A DNA stretch of 64,000 nucleotides. Source: an uncultured Solibacteraceae bacterium. GTDB taxonomy: Bacteria > Acidobacteriota > Terriglobia > 20CM-2-55-15. Below, in pieces: positions 25,801 through 36,200 of this stretch (position 1 is the stretch's first letter; every line of letters starts with the position of its first letter). The stretch spans positions 2,024 through 66,023 of the forward strand of contig CAZPBY010000045.1 in the NCBI GenBank assembly GCA_964584785.1, in the 5' to 3' direction. Below the pieces are notes generated by a model. It searched no databases. It worked only from the letters and a program-made list of their open reading frames with translations, and was not told where the DNA came from. The position numbers and the translations under genes are program-made.

Positions 25801-28800
25801 GCGATCTTCGCCGTATTGACTTTGCCTTTGGTCCGATCCTTGTCGACGCCCCGATGGGCCGGGCGTTCACATCGACGTTCAATCCAACGGGCGGTTCTGG
25901 AACGCATACGTGGTCGGTTGTTTCGGGATTACCGCCGGGCATGCAGCTTCGCGCCGGATCGACCCTGCCGGCAGGATTCACGCCGCCGACTGCGTTCTTT
26001 ACAGGCGTACCTACGACTCCCGGAACCTTCACGGTCCGCATTCGCGTCGACGACTCGACCGGCAATTTTGGCATTCGTACCGCGACGATGAAGGTCACGC
26101 CATTGCGCTTTGCCCCGGCGACGGTACCGCACACGTTGGGCGTCACGCTACCCCCGCTTCAGGAGGGTTCACCGTATTCGTTCACTTTTACGGCGTACAA
26201 CAAGACCGGAACGCTGACATTCGAACCGCTCTTGGGAGCTTTCATGCCCGCCGGAGTGAGTCTGAACTCCACAGGGGTGTTGAGCGGTACACCATCCGAG
26301 ACGGGCAATTTCCTTGAACCGTTCCGCATGACCGATTCCGGTGGAAACTCGATTCAAACTACCGGCCTCGGGCTCAGCGTCTATCCAGCGGGACGACCGA
26401 TTGGTGTAAATGGGTTGACGGTTGCGACTCTGGCAAACGCGACAAAAGGAATTCCATACACCAAGAATCTGAATGATCTGTTGATCCCCGGTTACGGCAC
26501 AGCGCCATTCAATTGGACCGTCACCAGCGGGTCGTTGCCCGACGGAATGTCGATCGTGGGCAACCTCTTAACGGGAACTCCGACCGCAACAGGTTCATCA
26601 ACCTTCACGCTCAAGGCCACCGATGCGAACGGCACGCAGCACGTCATACCGGGGTTGGTGCTAGCAGTCGCGACGATGAGCATGTCACCTGCGCCGGGCG
26701 TCCTGCCGCCGGCCATCGCGGGAGTTCCGTACACGCAGACCTTCGTTGCCGCCGGCGGCATTTCACCGATCACGTTCCGCCTGGGGTTCGGTTCCGATCT
26801 GCCTGTTGGCCTGACGTTGTCATCGGGTGGTGTGTTGAGCGGAATACCGACCACTTCGGGACCATTCAGTTTGTTAATCGAAGCGGTGGACATCACCGGC
26901 GCAACTTTCCTGCAGCGGTACACGCTGAATGTGGCGCCCGTCGGGACGGTGTTCCCATCGCTGACTGCCGTTCCATCGAGCATCAACCTGAACTATGTTC
27001 GCGGCAATCCGAATCCTGCGCCTATTCCCGTCAATGTGGGAAGCACCTCGGGCACGTTGAATTTCACAGCCGAGGCCGCCGGCGGCTCGTGGATTTCAGT
27101 CGCGCCTGGGAGCGGATCCACTCCCGGATTCGTGACGCTGAGTTTCTCGATGACGGGACTGGCCGCCGGCGTCTACAACGGTGCATTGAACGTCACCGCG
27201 GCGTCTGCCGTGAATTCACCATTGTCTTTGCCGGTGATGCTGACGGTGACTGACGCCTTGCCGTGCAGTTTCGCATTGAACCCGGCTTCTTCTTCGATCG
27301 GCGCTGCTGGAGGATCGCTGAGTTTCGATGTCACCACGGATCAGGCCTGCAACTGGACGGCGTCGACCACTGCTTCCTTTATCACGATCAACTCTCCTGG
27401 AAGCGGCACCGGAACAGGCACCGTGAATCTGTCCATACAGCCCAATACCACATCCAACACACGGTCGGGCAGCGTGACGGTGCAAGGACTGACGTACACC
27501 GTCACGCAGTTCGGCACGGCGTGCTCCTTCACGTTGATACCCAACTCCATCAACGTGGATTCGTTTGGCGGCGTCGGTACGATTAGTGTTCAAGCTTCCG
27601 ATTCGACTTGCGCGTGGACAGCGACTCAGACCGACTCGTGGATTTCCGCGAATCCTCCGAACGCGACGGGTTCGGTGAATGTCGACGTCACGGTTCAAAG
27701 TACGAACAGCACATCGAGCCGCGTCGGAAGCATCACGATCGGTGGGCAACCGCTCACGGTTAACCAGGCGGGTCTCGGTTGCTACTATTTCCTGAGCAGC
27801 AGTGGTTCTCCCTCGTTCTCCTCGTCGGGAGGTACGACTTCTGTGGATCTCACCACTCCAGCGGGTTGCGCCTGGAAAACGGATGCAGGGCCGAGTTGGA
27901 TCAAGGTGACGGCTGGACAATCGGGCTTTTCAAGTGGAAAGGTAACGCTGTCGATTGCTCCGAATTCCAGTACGGCGGCCCGGTCGGCGACAGTTCTGAT
28001 AGCCGATCAGGAGTACGACGTCAGCCAGGATGGTGTTTCGTGCAGCTTCAGTGTCGGTGTCGATAACACACTGTTTGCCGTTGGTGGCGGCGCCGGCAGC
28101 ATCGCGATCACGGCCACGCCGAAAGTTGCGGGCGGCTTCTGTCCATGGGTCGTGTCGTCGAACGCTCCGTGGCTCACACCTGCGGTGTCTTCGGGCAACG
28201 GTTCGCAGAATGTGTCGTTCAATGTAACCGCGAATGGCGGCACCGCAGCTCGCAGCGCAACGTTGAATGTGGCGGGGCAGAACATTGTGATCACCGAATC
28301 CGGACCGGTTTGTGAATTCAACCTGCGGTCTTCCGCAGCTTCAATGCCATTTGGCGGTGGCGCGAATTCAGCGGGCGTGGTCACCGCGAACGGGTGCGGC
28401 TGGGTCGCGACGTCGAATGCGCCCTTTATCGAGATTTCGAGCGGTACTCCGGGCACCGGCACAGGCGACGTGAACTTCAACGTCCAGCCGAACAACACTG
28501 GAACCGATCGCGTCGGGTCACTCACCATCGCCGGAAAAACATTCACGGTGACGCAGGCGAAGGCGCCGTGCTCGATCGTTCTCGGTTCCGGTACGTTCAA
28601 CGCCGGACCATTCGGAGGAGCCGGTTCCTTCTCGTACACAACCACTGTCAGCAACTGTGAACATACGGTGCTCAGTTACTCGAGCATGCTGAACGTCACT
28701 TCCGCGACTTACTCGGGAACGGCAGGTACCGTGAACTTCTCCGTCGATCCTAACGGTTTCGCAGCGGCGCGATCCGGCGTGATCCGAGTGGGCGAAGAAA

Positions 28801-29105
28801 GCTTTACCGTTAATCAGGATCCGTCACCGTGCCAGTACACGTTGACCTTATTCAGCGCGACGTTCGATCGACTGGGCGGGCCCGGCTCCATACCGATGAC
28901 TTTCGCTCCAGCCGCATGCGGTCCGGCCGGCGCTGTGATTAAAGGTCCGGCATCGATGATCACTCTCGGCGATGTCCTGAAGGATGGGTCGACATACAAC
29001 CAGCTCTTCACGTCGGCAATCTATCAGTCGTTCATCAACTACACACGAACCGCTCAGATCATCATCAACGGGCAGATATTTACCGTTAAGCAGACGTCCT
29101 GGTAG
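22872..29105 (+). CDS. Giant secreted putative-Ig (He_PIG) + BACON repeat protein, paralogue A (~2077 aa)
   Basis: Signal peptide ending SPLHA|QLSFNSGNFG; tandem GG..PY....LP.GL.L..SG.LSGTPT units; one BACON_2-like and seven Cys-paired BACON repeats; ends FTVKQTSW. The start could instead be GTG 22857. Confidence 0.85.
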   Translation: MRESLVSCVRYDAKCGKYLFAAVAFLFLTCSPLHAQLSFNSGNFGTVGFSQNAFSLTPSGGTGNYTFSYAPGAATIPGFRVTNRPNVPNFFSAGSTGGLVGIAAVPGTYSTTIRLTDNGSALFVDKAVSFTVTTVDIAGGPQSGYGVGDTVSFPFWGVGGTGLPYTFSLASGTLPPGLTLNSSTTAIDGLLKLEGTLTTAGTFGFNLKVTDSATNTRTVGYFITVSPLRLVLTNHFLPPINVNQLFSQTLIASGCSGTCTFSLVSGDALPAGLTLSSAGVISGTPTALTYGTAFTVVVTDAANNTMSRRLSMAVIPDIPQPLAISTTSIGDTVVGSNFSWGITPRGGLPPYSFSFDSPSSLPPGSFMFPTEGTAAVSWDPNWGMFRARPLVTGNRDFVMRVTDSAGNTATRLIPWRVTSIGAYYSNQSLPVGGTATPVLGKPYAQPLILLGGTLPYTVTPVNLAGLSVDADGMVSGTAAEAGRFLPFSFNIQDSSIPPNNYSWSGNITVDAPSTTTLALTGGDFGVFQKGVQSTITLFAGGSPVNPPNFVVTILSGSLPPGLRLLTVGDFNNVGDITRAAQIAGIPTTTGSFSALLNVQDAAANIGQRQLKFRVSDIGFVTTGVAPGTVGVPYTQTFEVRGGTMPYTFTSNVTLPGGLSLNALTGTLSGTPTSSNSTSFGLVVTDANGDSIVRNYTVNIYDIQITNPNLLPNAIFGESYTVNFAALPAGPYAWTATGLPTGLTLDPVTGVLSGAPIGTGTFTVTVTAGTSSHAVNKTFTLIVASRSISTILTGLPTASLGDFVVGAFVNTILGIVGGTPPYTISVVAGSALPPGLALAPSNTASGTAGFGRTAIVGIPTTKGSYSFQLRYSDSAGVSVVRTVTMRVSGLALATTTPGLGTVNVPYTTQLFGSGGTGSYMFALADGLTNVLAPGLSLSASGVISGTPTATGTFTTTILLSDGVDTRQQNITITINATSDLRRIDFAFGPILVDAPMGRAFTSTFNPTGGSGTHTWSVVSGLPPGMQLRAGSTLPAGFTPPTAFFTGVPTTPGTFTVRIRVDDSTGNFGIRTATMKVTPLRFAPATVPHTLGVTLPPLQEGSPYSFTFTAYNKTGTLTFEPLLGAFMPAGVSLNSTGVLSGTPSETGNFLEPFRMTDSGGNSIQTTGLGLSVYPAGRPIGVNGLTVATLANATKGIPYTKNLNDLLIPGYGTAPFNWTVTSGSLPDGMSIVGNLLTGTPTATGSSTFTLKATDANGTQHVIPGLVLAVATMSMSPAPGVLPPAIAGVPYTQTFVAAGGISPITFRLGFGSDLPVGLTLSSGGVLSGIPTTSGPFSLLIEAVDITGATFLQRYTLNVAPVGTVFPSLTAVPSSINLNYVRGNPNPAPIPVNVGSTSGTLNFTAEAAGGSWISVAPGSGSTPGFVTLSFSMTGLAAGVYNGALNVTAASAVNSPLSLPVMLTVTDALPCSFALNPASSSIGAAGGSLSFDVTTDQACNWTASTTASFITINSPGSGTGTGTVNLSIQPNTTSNTRSGSVTVQGLTYTVTQFGTACSFTLIPNSINVDSFGGVGTISVQASDSTCAWTATQTDSWISANPPNATGSVNVDVTVQSTNSTSSRVGSITIGGQPLTVNQAGLGCYYFLSSSGSPSFSSSGGTTSVDLTTPAGCAWKTDAGPSWIKVTAGQSGFSSGKVTLSIAPNSSTAARSATVLIADQEYDVSQDGVSCSFSVGVDNTLFAVGGGAGSIAITATPKVAGGFCPWVVSSNAPWLTPAVSSGNGSQNVSFNVTANGGTAARSATLNVAGQNIVITESGPVCEFNLRSSAASMPFGGGANSAGVVTANGCGWVATSNAPFIEISSGTPGTGTGDVNFNVQPNNTGTDRVGSLTIAGKTFTVTQAKAPCSIVLGSGTFNAGPFGGAGSFSYTTTVSNCEHTVLSYSSMLNVTSATYSGTAGTVNFSVDPNGFAAARSGVIRVGEESFTVNQDPSPCQYTLTLFSATFDRLGGPGSIPMTFAPAACGPAGAVIKGPASMITLGDVLKDGSTYNQLFTSAIYQSFINYTRTAQIIINGQIFTVKQTSW

Positions 29106-29120
29106 AAGGAGACGAATACC

Positions 29121-30194
29121 ATGTCAGTCAACACGCTATTGAAACGAGTAACAGCGATAGCCGCGATTTTGCTGATTGTCGCGGGCTTCTTTACCGCCCC
29201 GCTGCGAGCGGCGGACAACTTCGGATATACCGCGACCGGCAATGTCGCGTATTCCTATGTAGATGTCTCCACAACCGGCACCGCCGTACTTGCCAATGCG
29301 GACGATGCTACGGCTTTGCTCACACTGCCGTTCGGATTCCGTTTTTACGGTGTCACGTACACGAGTCTGTGCGCGAGTACCAACGGCTTGATTGCGTTCG
29401 GCGGCTGTCCAACCGGAGACATCACGAACCTCGACCTGACGGTGCAATCGCCGACAGGCAACCTGCCGTTGATCGCACCATTCTGGATGGACCTGACGTT
29501 CGCGATCCCGGGCGCCGGCAGCATCATTTACCAGACGCTCGGCGCAGAGCCCGCACGGCGTTTTGTCGCTCAATGGAAGGGCGCATTCGCGTTGAATCAA
29601 CCGAGCCCGCTCGATTTTCAAGTCATCCTGTACGAAGGCACGAACCAGATTCTGTTTCAATATCAGAACGTCGAAACGGCCAACGCCGAGATCAGTAAAG
29701 GCAAGAGCGCGACGGTCGGCATTCGGGCAACGGACGGGCAGGCAAATGGGAATCGCGTGCAGTGGAGCTATCGCACGGCCGTGTTGACCAACCGCTCGGC
29801 GATTCGCTTCGAACCGCCCACAGCAATCCCGGTGACGATTGATCTGAAGCCGGACAGCAATCCGAATTGCGTCAATCCAACTTCCAGAGGAACCGTGCCT
29901 GTCGCGATCTTCGGCACGAGCAAGTTCGCTGTTGCAGACATCGATCAGTCCAAACTCCGCTTCGGAGGCGCAGCCGCGCGAAGCTGCGCTGTTGACGACG
30001 TAGGCACAAAGGATGGACTTCCTGATCTTGTATGTCACTTCGAGACTACGGAAGTAACCACCTGGCCGGCCGCGGGAGCGGATTGCGGAAAGATCAACCT
30101 TACCGGCAGCTTGAAATCGGGGTTTGGAATCACCGGTTCGGACATCGCTTGCCGTGTTGCGGAACGTACCTGTAAAGCTGGGCCGACACCCTAG
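29121..30194 (+). CDS. Secreted nidogen(NIDO)-like domain protein with C-terminal IDxKP domain
   Basis: SD AAGGAG; signal peptide; LPFGFRFYG..Y...STNGLI.F and IAPFWMDL; C-terminal IDLKPDSNPNCVNPTSRGTVPVAI...DGLPDLVCHF. Confidence 0.7.
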   Translation: MSVNTLLKRVTAIAAILLIVAGFFTAPLRAADNFGYTATGNVAYSYVDVSTTGTAVLANADDATALLTLPFGFRFYGVTYTSLCASTNGLIAFGGCPTGDITNLDLTVQSPTGNLPLIAPFWMDLTFAIPGAGSIIYQTLGAEPARRFVAQWKGAFALNQPSPLDFQVILYEGTNQILFQYQNVETANAEISKGKSATVGIRATDGQANGNRVQWSYRTAVLTNRSAIRFEPPTAIPVTIDLKPDSNPNCVNPTSRGTVPVAIFGTSKFAVADIDQSKLRFGGAAARSCAVDDVGTKDGLPDLVCHFETTEVTTWPAAGADCGKINLTGSLKSGFGITGSDIACRVAERTCKAGPTP

Positions 30195-30249
30195 CCACGT
30201 CATCTAACCAGCCGTTCACACGATTGTTCATCCTGGTGAGGGTACCAAC

Positions 30250-33200
30250 ATGTCCAGACTACTATCGCGTTCTTGCTTCGTCCTCGTGGTGCTGTCCGCC
30301 CTATGCAGTCCGCTTCACGCGCAACTGAATTTCAACAGCGGCAATTTCGGCACGTTGAGTTTCGGTCAAGCGGTACTCTCCTTCGATCCGTCGGGCGGGA
30401 CTGGACCTTATACATTTTCGTATGCGCCCGGCGCTAGCATCATTCCAGGCTTTCGCGTGACGAACCGTCCTGACGTCCCCGTTTGGTTCGGGCCGAATAC
30501 AACAGGCGCCTTGGTTGGTATAGCAACGCCGGACACATGCGCGCCAACCGGCAACTGCAGTACGACTATTCGCCTCAGCGATGCCAACGGATTTATTGAT
30601 CGTGTCGTGTCGTTTTCAGTGACTTCGGTCGACATTGGAGGCAGCACGTTTTCCGGCTATGGCGTGGGTGATCGCATTGACTTCCGATTTTGGGGCGTAG
30701 GCGGTTCGGGGTCGTATACATTCACGCTTGATTCGGGGACGTTGCCGCCGGGAACGCAGATCCACAATCAAGCGGGCGCGTTTACAGGCATTTCAGTCGA
30801 TGGGGTGCTGACAACCGCAGGCGGTTACAACTTTTCACTGAAGCTTACGGATAGTGCGAACCATTCGGTGACACGCGGTTACTTCGTTTCTGTCTCGCCA
30901 CTACACTTGGTACAGGATCGTATCTTGCCTGCGGCAAACGTGGGCCTGTTCTATAGTCAAACTCTAACTGTAACGGGCTGCACCGGGACTTGTACCTTCT
31001 CAGTCGACGAGGCTATTGGTCTACTTCCCACGGGCTTCACCCTTTCACCGGCTGGGGTACTGAGCGGCACACCGACGTTTTCGAGCTTCTTTAACAACTT
31101 CACGTTGATCATTACCGACGGCATAAACACGATCCGCCGGCGCATGCAGTTAACCTCTCTGCCTGTGACCCCAACACCATTGACCGTAAGTACAACGTCA
31201 GTGTCCGATGTGGTTGTCGGGTCAGGATCCTTTCCAGGGATTTCAGGCTCCGGTGGATTCCCACCGTACAGTTTCAGTCTGGATAGCTCTTCAAGTCTGC
31301 CAGCAGGTGCTTTCATCTTGCCGGCAGCGGCACTCGGGCCGGAGTTTAACCCGCTGCAGGGTTATGTTGGATCCAGAGTACTTGCCGCAGGCGATCACGA
31401 TTTCGTGATTCGCATCATCGATAGCGCAAACAACACGGCCACTCGACCACTGCCATGGCGGGTTACTAACTTGACTACGAACCAATGCTGCATTTCGACG
31501 GCGGTTTTCGGAGTGCCACTTACACCGTACGCGTTGGTTATCATGGGTGGAACGCCTCCTTATACCGTAGCCCCGAACACCATAGCTGCAGGACTTACAA
31601 CCGACAATAATGCGATCATCTCAGGAACCCCGAAGGAGATCGGACAGTTCCTGACACTGAACCTCACTATTCAAGATTCGGCCAACCCCAAGAACAGTTT
31701 TACGCTATCGGGTTACACAACTATTACGGCATCACCGACTTCAACAGGCCTGCTCGTGTCCGGTGGAGACTTTGGGCCGCTGCAAAAGGGTGTTCAAACT
31801 GCTTTCAGCATCTCGGCGTCGGGTTCGTCAGCGTTACCGAGGAACTTCACGGTCAGCATTCAGGAAGGCTCGCTGCCTCCAGGAATGACGCTTCTGACAG
31901 GAAACAACTTTAACAACAGCGGAAACGTAGATATCGCTGCGCAGATCGCCGGAGTGCCGACGGTTGCCGGTGTGTATAGTGTGCTGTTGCGTGTGCAGGA
32001 TGGTGCGGGCAATATTGGCCAGCGTCAAATTCGCATCAGAGTCAGTAGTCTTGCGTTCGTCACATCGACGTTAGCCGTAGGCTCCGTCGGCATTCCGTAC
32101 AATCAGACGATTGAATTCCGTGGTGGTCAGGCTCCATACACCCTCACTTTGACAAACGGAAGCCTGCCGACGGGGCTGTCGCTGAACGGCCCTACGATCA
32201 GCGGTACTCCAACGACGAGCAATTCCACATTCGCCGGAATACGTATTACCGACGCCACCGGAGACTCTATCATCCGAAACTTCACGTTGAATATTTACAG
32301 TCTCCAGATTACCAATCCCAACATTCTGCCGACAGCGTACTTCGGTGAAGTCTATTCGCCTGTTACGTTCGTGGTTAGCCCTCCGGGCTCTTACACGTGG
32401 ACTGCGGTTGGGATTCCACTCGGCCTCACGCTGGATAGCACAACCGGCGTTTTGTCCGGCACACCGATTTCATCCGGCTCCTTTAACATCACCGTCACCG
32501 CCGGTACCAGCAGTACTGTGGTTGTTAAAACGTTCACGATGTTTATCGCAGTCCGCTCGACCACGGGCGTGTTAACGGGTCTACCATCCACCTTCGGCGA
32601 CGTCTTCGTCGGCTCAACCTTAACGACGACATTGGGAGTGTCTGGAGGGACTCCGCCATACACCATCGCACTCGCTCCCGGTTCAATCCTTCCACCAGGT
32701 CTCGCGATTGTGCCTGCCACAAGCATCAACGGAAACGCGTTTTTTGGCCGATATTTTCTGGCGGGCGTGCTGACGACGGCGGGTGACTACAGTTTCCGGT
32801 TGAGGTATACCGACGGGGCTGGTCTTACGGTGGACCGAACCATAACGATGCGAGTGGTTTCGATTGGAGTAGCTACAACGTCACTCGGCCTCGGTACAGT
32901 GAATGTTCCTTACTCCACGCAACTCTTCGGCGTTGGCGGCTCGGGTCCGTTTACGTTCTCGTTGTCCAATATTGCGAACAACATCCTGCCGCCGGGACTC
33001 ACGTTGAGCTCTTCCGGTGTGGTTTCGGGAACGCCTACTTCCACCGGCAGCTTTGGGTTCACCGTTGATCTGACTGATGGCGTATCGACGCGGCAGCAAA
33101 GCGTCGTCATCACCATAAACGCGACCAGCGATCTGCGACGTATTGACTTTGGCACTGTGATCCCAGTGACGCTCTCGATGGGAAGGGGTTTCGCGACAAC

Positions 33201-36200
33201 CTTTGTCCCGATTAACGGATCCGGTACGCATACCTGGTCTATAGTGTCGGGCTCGCTGCCGCCTGGTCTACTCCTTCGCGCGGACGCGACACTACCTTCG
33301 ACGGTCCTACCGCCAAATGCGCTGATCGCGGGTGTGCCGACGACCGCAGGCACTTACAAATTCACGGTTCGTGTCGATGACCAGACAGGCAATTTCGGTA
33401 CTCGCGAGATGACATACAGGATCACACCGCTTCGCGCCGGACCGGCGAACTTGCCTCAGACTCGTGGCCTTGTTGCACCGCCTCTTCAAGCCGGAGTGCC
33501 GTACTCGTTTGGGTTAACTGCTTATAACAACACCGGACCGGTGACGTTTGGCGATCTCGTTGGAACATTCATGCCGTCGGGCGTTGCAATGAACTCAACA
33601 GGCGTAGTCAGCGGTACCGCCGCCGATCTCGGTAATTTTACTGAGCTCTACGTTATGACGGATGGTGCCGGAAGTACTTTTCCAAATGGCGCCCTTGGTT
33701 TCGTAGTGTATCCATCAGGCCGCCCGATTGGTGTGAATGGCCTGACTGGCGCTACGTTCGCCAATGCCACCAAGGGATCAGCGTATTCCAAGAACCTGAA
33801 TGATCTGTTATTTCCGGGTTACGGCACACCACCATTCACATGGGCTGTGCTGAACGGCTCACTGCCTGCAGGTATGTCGATACTTGGAAGTGTGCTGACG
33901 GGCACTCCGACAGACATTGGCACATCGTTCTTCTCGTTGAAGGTGACGGATGCCAATGGGAGTCAGCACGTGGTACCCAATCAAATCCTGTCGGTGTCGT
34001 TAATGAGTCTGACTCCAGGACCCGGTATCTTGCCGCCTGCAATCGCCGGAGTACCCTACAGCCAGACATTTACGCCAGCCGGAGGTGTTCCACCAGTCAC
34101 ATTCCGGCTCGGCTTAGGCTCCGATCTCCCCGTGGGGCTGACTCTATCTTCCGCGGGCGTATTGAGCGGCACACCAACAACGTCAGGTCCGTTCATACTA
34201 CTGATCGAGGCAGTCGATAATTTCGGCGCGACGTTTCTTCAGCGATACACGCTGGACGTGGCTCCCGTCGGGACAGTACTTCCATCTCTCAAAACAACTC
34301 CATCAAGCATCAATTTGAACTATGTTCGAGGGAATCCCAATCCAACTCCCATTACGGTCAATGTCGAAAGCACTTCAGGAAACTTGAATTTCACAGCGCA
34401 GACTGCAGGTGGGACATGGATTTCGGTAGCGCCAGGAAGCGGTTCAACGCCGGGATTTGTGACGTTGAGTTTCAACATGGCCGGATTGCTTGCCGGCATT
34501 TACAACGGCGCTCTAAATGTCACTGCCGCGTCGGCGGTGAACTCACCGTTGTCGCTGCCGGTCAAGCTCACAGTGACGGATGCCTTACCGTGTAGTTTCG
34601 CGTTGAACCCAACGGCATCCACTATCGCTGCCGGTGGCGGCTCGCTTAGTTTCGATGTCACCACCGACTCATCTTGTAACTGGACGGCGTCGACGGCTGT
34701 TCCATGGATCACCATCAACTCGCCGGGTAGCGGTACTGGAACAGGAACCGTGAATCTGTCCGTTCAACAGAATCCAAACCCGACCACACGTACCGGAACT
34801 GTGACGGTGCAGGGTCTGATCTACACGGTCACACAATTCGGCACGGAGTGCTCCTTCACACTGATCCCCAATTCGATCAACGTGGATGCGTTTGGAGGTA
34901 TCGGCACTATCAATGTGCAGGCGTCGAATGCGGTCTGTTCATGGACAACGGCTCAAACTGATCTCTGGATCGCCGCTAATCCATCGGCAGGGACAGGGTC
35001 GACGAATGTCGATGTCACGGTTCAAAGCACGAGCGGCACGTCGAGTCGCGTCGGAAGCATCACGATTGCCGGGCAAGCGCTCACCGTCAATCAAGCCGGC
35101 CTGGGCTGCTTCTACTTTCTGAGCAACTCACAACCAAACCCGCCCCAATTCTCTTCGTCGGGCGGCGGGGCATCAGTAGATTTGACCACGCCGGCGGGTT
35201 GCGCGTGGAAGACGGACCCGGGTCCGAGTTGGATCAAGGTGACGGCAGGCCAGTCGGGATTTTCCAGCGGGCGCGTGACGTTGACGATCGCTCCGAATTC
35301 CAGCACGGTGGCGCGTTCGGCGACAGTTTTGATCGCCGATCAGGAGTACGACGTCAGTCAGGACGGCGTGTCGTGCAGTTTCAGCGTCGGTGTCGATAAC
35401 ACCCTGTTTGCCGTTGGCGGCGGTGCGGGCAACGTCGTAATCACTGCTACACCGAAAGTTGCAGGCGGCTTCTGTCCATGGGTCGTCTCGTCGAATGGGT
35501 CGTGGCTCACGCCTTCGGTGTCTTCGGGCAACGGTTCGCAAACGGTGTCCTTCAATGTTTCGGCGAACGGCGGCACAGCCGCGCGCAGCGCGACGTTGAA
35601 CGTGGCAGGACAGAACATTGTGATCACCGAGTCCGGACCGGTTTGTGAATTCAGCCTGCGGTCTTCGGCAGCAACCATGCCGTTTGGTGGTGGCGCGAAT
35701 TCAGCCGGCGTCGTCACCGCTAACGGCTGTGGCTGGACCGCCACGTCGAATGCGCCTTTCATCACAGTGGCGCCGGTGTCTTCCAGCGGCACTGGAACAG
35801 GTGACGTCAACTTCGACGTGCAGCCGAACAGCACCGGCACCTCGAGGATCGGCACGTTAACGATCGCCGGTCAGACGTTCACGGTAACTCAGGCCAAGGC
35901 GCCCTGTTCGATCATTCTCGGTTCGAGCTCATTCAACGTGGGCCCATTCGGCGGAACCGGATCGTTCTCTTACACGTCGTCGGTGAACAGTTGCGAACAC
36001 ACTGTGCTCAGTTACTCGAGCATGGTCACCGTCACGTCTACAAGTTATTCCGGAACTGCCGGCACCGTGAATTTCTCAGTCGAGCCTAATGGTTTTGCCG
36101 CCGCACGATCGGGCGTGATTCGAGTGGGGGAAGAAAGCTTCACAGTCAATCAGGATCCCTCCACATGCCAATACACGCTGACCGCATTCAGCGCCAGCTT

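Noticed and set aside
29080-29105. C-terminal ...FTVKQTSW as a BAM beta-signal / autotransporter end
   Set aside because: There is no upstream amphipathic barrel, the alternating positions are polar, and the segment is the last strand of a BACON repeat.
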